Positions 1-4,825 of a stretch of 6,109 nt of DNA are shown here, piece by piece (position 1 is the stretch's first letter; each line of letters starts with the position of its first letter). The DNA is from a virus. The notes beneath the pieces are model-generated. The model was given only the letters and a program-made list of their open reading frames with translations, had not been told where the DNA came from and did not search any database. Position numbers and translations under genes: made by a program. The stretch is from positions 1 through 6,109 of IMG/VR virus record IMGVR_UViG_3300045988_001145. One strand, given 5' to 3'.

Positions 1-55
1 TCAGAGTTAAGATTTAAATAGCGATCAGAGGAAGTTTTATTAGAATTATTAACAA
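1..55. repeat. Terminal direct repeat, copy 1 (identical to 6055..6109): the overlap of a circular contig, not a biological repeat
   Basis: Base-by-base comparison shows tcagagttaagatttaaatagcgatcagaggaagttttattagaattattaacaa at both window ends. The VP1 reading frame runs through the junction without a stop. Confidence 0.95.
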
Positions 56-968
56 TAACAGAAGTTCCGGAAGAGGGATTAACTACGGTAGGATTATCAT
101 CAGGATTTGAAGATTTGACACCACCGGCAAGTATAATATTAGAAGACAAATCAGTACGAAGATAAGAAGGCAAAACAGCTACCGAACCATACTGGGAAGC
201 AGGGAGTACACCCATAAACATATCCTTAGGATAATTAGCATAACGAAGTTTAAACCATTCCTGAGAAAGATCAGAAATTTGAGCGCCATTCCAATAATCC
301 AAATTGTAAGAATAAGCTAAATGTTTCTCCCATTGAGAATTGCTAAAGGAATCAAAATAAATTTTCTGATAGCACAATAACGGAAGAAGATTAACAGCTA
401 CAGGACTCTTGTACAACAATGGATTCAAATTATCACTCATAGACTTAATACCAGTATAAGCCTCAGTAATAACAGCTTTCTTGGCATTAGAAGCGTCAAG
501 GAAAGAACCGTAATTCAGATAATCCAATAATTTACAAGCACCATAGAACCACGGGATATTAGCATCATCAAGAGTAGAAGGAGCTAAAGCCATCCAATCA
601 TTAATAGTTTTAGTCGTGGTAAATGGGACTTTAGTAAGTTGTGCAGTATTACTACCAACAGAAGCAGCAGAAGTCATATAATCAGACATCTGAGTAAATG
701 CCTGAGGAAGTGCACGAGAAATCAAGCGCAACGGCACAGCATAAAAGTCATAGTATTCCTTAATACGGGTATAAGCAGCCGTATTAACAGGCACAGTACG
801 CGTAAACCAATCCGAAGAGATACGATACTTATTACCAGGAATGGCAATTTGCCAATAGACAGGAAGAATTTCTCCAACCTTAGCAGAGAATAGCTTCTTC
901 GAACTTAAATCAAATGAGGATCGATGAGTAGGAATCTTAGCACGATCCAATGGGTTAAAATCACTCAT
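1..968 (-). CDS. VP1: Microviridae major capsid protein VP1 (phiX174 F-like), 5' portion. It continues across the circular junction into 6054..5277, giving 1746 nt (581 aa plus stop).
   Basis: ATG at 968..966. My hand translation reads MSDFNPLDRAKIPTHRSSFDLSSKKLFSAKVGEILPVYWQIAIPGNKYRISSDWFTRTVPVNTAAYTRIKEYYDFYAVPLRLI..., which matches the typical microvirus capsid N-terminus. I translated 781..968 and 1..180 by hand without a stop. The ORF track lists no stop-terminated ORF in this frame between them, so the frame is open to the window edge. 968 + 778 = 1746 is divisible by 3, so it joins the 5277..5966 ORF frame in phase. Confidence 0.9.
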   Translation of the reverse strand, partial: MSDFNPLDRAKIPTHRSSFDLSSKKLFSAKVGEILPVYWQIAIPGNKYRISSDWFTRTVPVNTAAYTRIKEYYDFYAVPLRLISRALPQAFTQMSDYMTSAASVGSNTAQLTKVPFTTTKTINDWMALAPSTLDDANIPWFYGACKLLDYLNYGSFLDASNAKKAVITEAYTGIKSMSDNLNPLLYKSPVAVNLLPLLCYQKIYFDSFSNSQWEKHLAYSYNLDYWNGAQISDLSQEWFKLRYANYPKDMFMGVLPASQYGSVAVLPSYLRTDLSSNIILAGGVKSSNPDDNPTVVNPSSGTSVIVNNSNKTSSDRYLNLNS

Positions 969-986
969 AATTAATTAATAATTAAA

Positions 987-2666
987 TTAGACCATACGAT
1001 TAAATATATTATTAGCATCATTAAGTTTCTTATGCTTAATCATGTCACGACAAAATGTTGCACTACGGTACCTGAGTTGCTCAAGAAGATGAACCGTCTC
1101 ACGTGAAATATCCGACAAGACATCCGTCTCGCACCCGTTCTGAGGCAACGCAAACATACAATCTGATATTTCCGGGAACCAGGAACGGAGAGCATATGTA
1201 TCTCGTAAACTTTCATAATTTTTTTTCGTCTCATACTCTATTCCCGTTTTAATGATAAAGCTAATACGACCGGAGTAAGCACTAATATCAGAACCGAAGA
1301 GAGGGAGATGCCAATTACGGAAGAATTTATGGACATATAAGAACAGCCTATACAGTTTATTAATATAAGATTCAATATCGACATCACTAGAGCAGTTAAC
1401 AAACCTAGTAAGACACCGAGAAGCATGTAATATAATTTTGTCATCATCAGCAAGAATAGAATTAACCTTAAGATATTTATAATAGGTACGAACAAGATCT
1501 AGAATTGAATCCTGTTTGTAGTCGATGAAGCCGAACCTTGCAATTCTTTGAGGCGTTCGGTGTACAGCGAGAAGAATTCGAGCAATCGAAGTACTATCAT
1601 CATTGCGAACAGACGAGAATCGGGGCAATAAGGTACGGATATACGACATGGGTGGAGTTGACCGAACACTGAGGCCGTTGAAGTTATAGACTCTTCCGTT
1701 AACGACAGAATCGATTTTTTGCTCAATTTGCGCATAAGGGTCTTCGTCTTCAACGTAATCGCAGCCTTTTTCAAAAAATCCAACGGATGCTCTCGATTTG
1801 GGTCTAAACGCGCGGCATGAGCGATATAGGAGGGGAGCAGAGCACAAGCTGTTAACGTAACTCGCAACGTACGACGAAGCTCCACCAGTGGAACGCTGGA
1901 AATCTGAACGACCGAGTGTCCAACTCTTATCGTGACAGTATCGTAAAACCTTGGCGACTTCGTCCGAGTTTGTGCATAATACGAGATGAAAATGCGGGCG
2001 GAAATGGACGGGTCCGTACTCACCCACAGCGTAGAAATGTAACGTTTCATATTTTCCTAGTTGTTTATACAAATGTTTACGTAAGCGTTTAATATAATTC
2101 TGGACATCAACATAGTTCAAGAAGGGAATAAGATTATCACGACCATATTGTTCAGAAACGGGATAATCCGTCTTGTCAACGGCTTGCGTCTTAGCGATAA
2201 AACTACGAATAGCGTCCATACTAAGAAACCAATTATCCTGAACAGGAGAGTACTCCTTGGTTTCACGGTCAAACGGCACAGTACCTTGAACTTGTTCGAA
2301 AAATATATGACGCAACATGGAGTTATCATCACATCGATACTCGGAAACAGGGATATATTGATGATGCTCATGTCCAAAATGAATATCTCCTGAAATACCT
2401 ACGGCATCCTCATATTCACTTTGCAAAACCTTACAATACATAAGAGGAATATGCTCATTGTCAAAAGTAAGAGTTACAAAAAAGGAATACTTGAAAGCAC
2501 TTCCAGCGGTCTTCACGCGCATGGACGCCTTTTTAGCCTTCCTATGAATACAATAATCGCATTGACCACAGTCCACGGCAATGCGTGCACCAGTATATTT
2601 ATTCGTAATAAACGAACGATGCTGACAATGATCAACAGCCTTAAGCAGATCAGGAGAAAATTTCAT
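987..2666 (-). CDS. VP4: Rolling-circle replication initiator protein (Microviridae VP4, phiX174 gpA-like HUH endonuclease), 559 aa
   Basis: It has an N-terminal Cys/His cluster (C14, H16, then CGQCDYCIH at aa 33-41) as in gokushovirus-type VP4. RCR motif I is FVTLTF (aa 63-68, nt 2463..2480). The HUH motif II is HFHLVL (aa 225-230, nt 1977..1994). The double-tyrosine motif III is YVASYVN (Y266 at 1869..1871, Y270 at 1857..1859), which compares with YVAKYVNK in phiX174 gpA. Confidence 0.92.
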   Translation of the reverse strand: MKFSPDLLKAVDHCQHRSFITNKYTGARIAVDCGQCDYCIHRKAKKASMRVKTAGSAFKYSFFVTLTFDNEHIPLMYCKVLQSEYEDAVGISGDIHFGHEHHQYIPVSEYRCDDNSMLRHIFFEQVQGTVPFDRETKEYSPVQDNWFLSMDAIRSFIAKTQAVDKTDYPVSEQYGRDNLIPFLNYVDVQNYIKRLRKHLYKQLGKYETLHFYAVGEYGPVHFRPHFHLVLCTNSDEVAKVLRYCHDKSWTLGRSDFQRSTGGASSYVASYVNSLCSAPLLYRSCRAFRPKSRASVGFFEKGCDYVEDEDPYAQIEQKIDSVVNGRVYNFNGLSVRSTPPMSYIRTLLPRFSSVRNDDSTSIARILLAVHRTPQRIARFGFIDYKQDSILDLVRTYYKYLKVNSILADDDKIILHASRCLTRFVNCSSDVDIESYINKLYRLFLYVHKFFRNWHLPLFGSDISAYSGRISFIIKTGIEYETKKNYESLRDTYALRSWFPEISDCMFALPQNGCETDVLSDISRETVHLLEQLRYRSATFCRDMIKHKKLNDANNIFNRMV

Positions 2667-2668
2667 AA

Positions 2669-2977
2669 CTATTTACGTTTGTCAATCACCTGGCGACGAT
2701 TACGAGCACCAAATGAAATATGAATAAATGTAGGATACAGTATTAACTGATCAAACACATGAACACCATCCGAAAAACTATGAATATATTCAAGTAACCG
2801 GTTATAAGTAGTAGAACCATAAGGTTTTATATCAATAGCCTCTCCAAACAAATGCTGAGATTTAGGTGCACCACCGGAAGCCTCATTCTGTTCGGGAGTA
2901 CGACGAGCACTAGTTATCGTAAAATGCACATTAGAAAGCAGCAAGTGCTCAAGAAAATGCATGAGAGTATAATTCAT
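2669..2977 (-). CDS. Minimal zinc D,D- or L,D-peptidase of the M15 (VanY / Peptidase_M15_3-like) fold; putative endolysin or virion-associated cell-wall hydrolase, 102 aa
   Basis: ITSARRTPEQNEASGGAPKSQHLFGEAIDI matches the family signature S-G-Y-R-x4-N-x3-G-G-x3-S-x-H-x2-G-x-A-x-D. That gives H42-x6-D49 (nt 2831..2854) as metal ligands, and a C-terminal FIHISF (H86, nt 2720..2722) fits the third ligand. Its start is ATGA-coupled to the upstream mini-ORF, and its stop lies 2 nt before the VP4 start. Confidence 0.75.
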   Translation of the reverse strand: MNYTLMHFLEHLLLSNVHFTITSARRTPEQNEASGGAPKSQHLFGEAIDIKPYGSTTYNRLLEYIHSFSDGVHVFDQLILYPTFIHISFGARNRRQVIDKRK

Positions 2978-3057
2978 AATCCGATGGCATTAAGAATATA
3001 ACCTAGAGCGGCGGAAACAGCACCAATCACAATTTTCCAAATATTACTACTTTTCAT
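2974..3057 (-). CDS. 27 aa single-pass membrane peptide (MKSSNIWKIVIGAVSAALGYILNAIGL); candidate holin or membrane partner of the downstream peptidase
   Basis: ATG at 3057..3055 and TGA at 2976..2974, which overlaps the peptidase ATG (ATGA). It has a Lys-containing N-terminus followed by a 19-residue hydrophobic stretch. It fills the 69 nt that would otherwise be non-coding between the 64 aa ORF and the peptidase. It is the 3' end of the listed 76 aa ORF 2974..3204. Off-frame ORFs elsewhere in this genome are also hydrophobic, so this is a weak call. Confidence 0.35.
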   Translation of the reverse strand: MKSSNIWKIVIGAVSAALGYILNAIGL

Positions 3058-3241
3058 CACGGCAAGTTTTAAGTTCAACAAAATCACTCTCTTCTTTAAT
3101 CGAATCCACAATAACAATAAGACCCAACGAAGAAACTCGTTCAGAATAATTTCCAAAACCATCGAGAGAATTAACGATATAAGGCGGAAGAACATCACGA
3201 CCACTAGTTTTTTCTTTGACTGAAATAATGAATTTTTGCAT
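3047..3241 (-). CDS. Hypothetical protein, 64 aa; first gene downstream of the predicted promoter
   Basis: ATG-initiated ORF with a balanced, protein-like composition (MQKFIISVKEKTSGRDVLPPYIVNSLDGFGNYSERVSSLGLIVIVDSIKEESDFVELKTCRDEK). It starts about 50 nt downstream of a Bacteroides-type -7 box. I recognise no family motif. Confidence 0.5.
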   Translation of the reverse strand: MQKFIISVKEKTSGRDVLPPYIVNSLDGFGNYSERVSSLGLIVIVDSIKEESDFVELKTCRDEK

Positions 3242-3292
3242 AATTGTAAAATGTTTAAAATGTTAATAACAGTTGTAACTTCTAACTGGGGG

Positions 3293-3323
3293 CAAATATA
3301 CGAACTATTTTTATAATTCCAAA
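3293..3323 (-). promoter_or_regulatory. Bacteroidota sigma-AB-type promoter: -33 TTTG (3323..3320), 19 nt spacer, -7 TATATTTG (3300..3293, consensus TAnnTTTG)
   Basis: The minus strand reads CTTTTGGAATTATAAAAATAGTTCGTATATTTGCCCC. Both consensus elements are present at canonical spacing, in the only large intergenic region, oriented toward the gene block and about 52 nt upstream of the ATG at 3241. Confidence 0.45.
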
Positions 3324-3518
3324 AGAAATCTATTTTTTCAGGTTCTACCGTAGGGTGTGAGTTGTGCGTTTATGGACAAGAGAGGGGCGAAACCGAGAGG
3401 ATAACTCGGGTTTTCCTTCGGACACAACTAGGGGCTTCGCTTAATTAACAAGTGGATGTATACAGAGGTGTATAGACACGGCAGGTCAGATAGAACCTGC
3501 CTTTGCGCGCCTTCGCGC

Positions 3519-3570
3519 TAAAATACCGGAGCGGGGCGCTCCTATAAGGAAGTCGCTCCGCTCCATTTTT
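3519..3570 (-). terminator. Candidate intrinsic terminator, possibly bidirectional, downstream of VP2
   Basis: A GC-rich stem pairs GGAGCGG (3528..3534) with CCGCTCC (3558..3564); a tighter alternative pairs 3528..3533 with 3537..3542 around a 3 nt loop. On the minus strand it is followed by GGTATTTTA (3527..3519), and on the plus strand by ATTTTT (3565..3570). It sits about 80-125 nt past the VP2 stop and upstream of the promoter. The U-tract on the coding strand is short and interrupted. Confidence 0.35.
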
Positions 3571-3643
3571 AGATCAGGCCCTACGCGGGCGGCGGGTGTA
3601 TATCGCTCAAACGCCGCGATGGGCTTCTAGTCCTGAAGAATGT

Positions 3644-4825
3644 TTACCGACCATTATAAATAGTAGTATTACGAGGTCCATAATCATTACGAAAAATCTG
3701 AGCACCGGGGCGCATAGCTCCGATTATATTACCAGCACCTTGGACAATACGGACGCCGTAGTCAATAGCGTTACGTAAGCCATAAGACTTAGTTTCCTTC
3801 TGTTTCTCCTTAGCAGACCATCTATAATAATCACGCAAAGCTTCATCTTGCTGAAGCTTGCCTTTCTTAATAGCATTTATATTTTTAAAATCCCAAGAAG
3901 AAGATAGGCCAGAAGCACGATTAGCATGAATATTAGCGTAGATAAGAGAATCAGCAGTCTCTTCAGCTACCCTGTTCTGAATCTTAAGGCCATTAGTCTC
4001 AACAGATAGCTTAACAGCTTTGGCCATCTCAGTTTTATACTGTGCCTCAGTAAGAGCACCTTGTGCATACAAATTAGCCAAAGTTTGACCTTTAATAAAC
4101 AAATCAGCCTGCTGTTGCTCGTCAAGGTACTTATTCAATACCTGTTGGGCCTCAGAATCAAGTAAAATCTGTGCCTCTTGAGCCGACGTAAGACGACCTG
4201 CAAACTCCATATTCTTAAGTTCCTGATACTCCTTAGACTGATCCAACAGAGCAGAACGTCTACCAGTAGAAGAATTCCAATAACCTGACTGGCCAATACC
4301 AATATTACGATAATTCGTATCACCGAGAATCTGTTGCATCTTATACGGAGTAAGAGAAGCATTCTGTTCAGCGTTAATCATAGCAGCACGAGCCTGAGCC
4401 ATAGAAGCAAGAGAAGAACCAACATCAGAAAAGTCGGGGCGAAATGCCTGAAGACTAGGAGAAGTAGCAGCAGAAGCAGCAACACCACCTGAGGCAGGAG
4501 ATTTAGAAACACCAGCACCAACAGAAGAACCAATATATGGATTAAGACCACGAGATACCATAGCCGATGGGCTGTTATACTCATTATTCTTGTCCCACAT
4601 AGATTCCTGCCAATTACGCTGTTTCTCAGCTTCGGCAGCATTGAAAGCATTATTCTCACGGTTAATCTGTAAATTAGTATCGTTCACTTTATTCTGAGAA
4701 GCAGAACCAATAGCATTGCCAGCAAGAGATGCACCAGCAGCAATAATACCACCAAGCACAAGCGGAGCAATATGTTTTTCAGAGTGCCCCATTAAGGGGC
4801 TCTCTCCAATATCGTAGAATCTCAT
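3644..4825 (-). CDS. VP2: Microviridae minor capsid / DNA pilot protein VP2 (phiX174 H-like function), 393 aa
   Basis: It has a Gly/Ala-rich hydrophobic N-terminal segment (IAPLVLGGIIAAGASLAGNAIGSAS). This is followed by NAFNAAEAEKQRNWQESMWDKNNEYNSPSAMVSRGLNPY, which matches the conserved VP2 core as I remember it (N-x-x-x-A-x-x-Q-R-x-W-Q-E ... Y-N-S-P ... G-L-N-P). The remainder is long, Q/A-rich and coiled-coil-like. Its position after VP1 and the small acidic ORF fits, and its start is ATGA-coupled to that ORF. Confidence 0.85.
   Translation of the reverse strand: MRFYDIGESPLMGHSEKHIAPLVLGGIIAAGASLAGNAIGSASQNKVNDTNLQINRENNAFNAAEAEKQRNWQESMWDKNNEYNSPSAMVSRGLNPYIGSSVGAGVSKSPASGGVAASAATSPSLQAFRPDFSDVGSSLASMAQARAAMINAEQNASLTPYKMQQILGDTNYRNIGIGQSGYWNSSTGRRSALLDQSKEYQELKNMEFAGRLTSAQEAQILLDSEAQQVLNKYLDEQQQADLFIKGQTLANLYAQGALTEAQYKTEMAKAVKLSVETNGLKIQNRVAEETADSLIYANIHANRASGLSSSWDFKNINAIKKGKLQQDEALRDYYRWSAKEKQKETKSYGLRNAIDYGVRIVQGAGNIIGAMRPGAQIFRNDYGPRNTTIYNGR

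Larger units (their letters stand above)
3242..3643. other. Major intergenic region. It has an AT-rich promoter-proximal part (3242..3339) and a GC-rich, hairpin-dense island (3340..3640). The island is a candidate site for replication origin(s), a terminator or a structured RNA.
   Basis: No ORF of 60 aa or more lies on the coding strand. My hand count gives 161 G+C in 3341..3640 (~54%), against roughly 25-40% in most coding lines I counted. Perfect stems are: 3393-3397/3405-3409; 3360-3366/3423-3429; 3480-3486/3495-3501; 3505-3509/3514-3518; 3528-3534/3558-3564; 3589-3594/3612-3617. Confidence 0.8.

Noticed and set aside
1-55. Terminal repeats as LTR/TIR of a mobile element, cos site or att duplication
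   Set aside because: The copies are direct, exactly 55 nt, and cut through the middle of an intact VP1 reading frame. This is the signature of a circular contig overlap. No transposase or integrase is present.
639-893. Plus-strand 84 aa ORF
   Set aside because: It lies entirely antisense to the high-confidence VP1 coding region. Its composition is R/S/T/I-rich and shadow-like, and no other plus-strand gene exists in this unidirectional genome.
1040-1495. Minus-strand nested ORFs 1040..1234 (64 aa) and 1238..1495 (85 aa) in the VP4 3' third, and likewise 2117..2377 (86 aa)
   Set aside because: They are short and hydrophobic or low-complexity off-frame products of an AT-rich region. Nothing separates them from chance, unlike the much longer 1499..2050 frame, which I kept as a low-confidence finding.
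2462-2469. Second TAnnTTTG match (minus-strand TACTTTTG) inside VP4
   Set aside because: It is an isolated 6-specified-base match within coding sequence, expected by chance in an AT-rich 6 kb genome. I did not confirm a correctly spaced -33 element, and it has no obvious downstream gene start to serve.
2148-2723. Plus-strand ORFs 2148..2393 (81 aa) and 2421..2723 (100 aa)
   Set aside because: They are antisense to VP4 and the peptidase, have no recognisable motifs and have no promoter context. They are typical antisense shadow ORFs.
3047-3060. Programmed +1 frameshift fusing the 64 aa ORF to the hydrophobic C-terminal frame
   Set aside because: The frames are offset by +1 and overlap by 11 nt, but I see no recognisable slippery or stall motif at the junction. 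An independent ATG (3057) explains the downstream frame more simply.
3455-3475. TGTATA cores as an XerCD/dif-like attP site for a temperate lifestyle
   Set aside because: TGTATA matches the central region of E. coli dif, but I could not find flanking inverted XerC/XerD-type arms (xxATAA ... TTATxx) around either copy. I also cannot compare with Bacteroidales dif sites here. The evidence is insufficient.
3467-3480. Plus-strand GGTGTATAGACAC resembling the TATAGACCAC end of the phiX174 30 nt origin
   Set aside because: The resemblance is on the strand complementary to the genes. The gpA-type nick must be on the viral (coding-sense) strand. The match is short and I judge it coincidental. The minus-strand ACTTG-TTAATTAA motif was kept instead as a low-confidence hypothesis.
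3340-3640. tRNA or tmRNA-like gene in the GC-rich island
   Set aside because: The hairpin CCGAG-aggataa-CTCGG has a 5 bp stem and a 7 nt loop. However, it lacks U33 and a purine at 37 in either orientation. No GTTCRANYC T-loop with a 5 bp stem, acceptor stem or D-arm can be assembled around it. The GGTTCTATC hairpin on the minus strand has a 7 bp stem and an 8 nt loop.
3596-3778. Plus-strand 60 aa ORF starting in the GC-rich island
   Set aside because: Most of it is antisense to the VP2 3' end. It is barely above the length cutoff and has no supporting signal.
4135-4659. Minus-strand nested ORFs 4135..4362 (75 aa) and 4378..4659 (93 aa) inside VP2
   Set aside because: Their products are Leu/Val homopolymer-like runs (for example LLLLLLLLLV). 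These arise from reading the Ala/Ser/Gln-rich GCA/GCT/GAA repeats of VP2 out of frame. This low complexity is a frame artefact, not evidence of coding.
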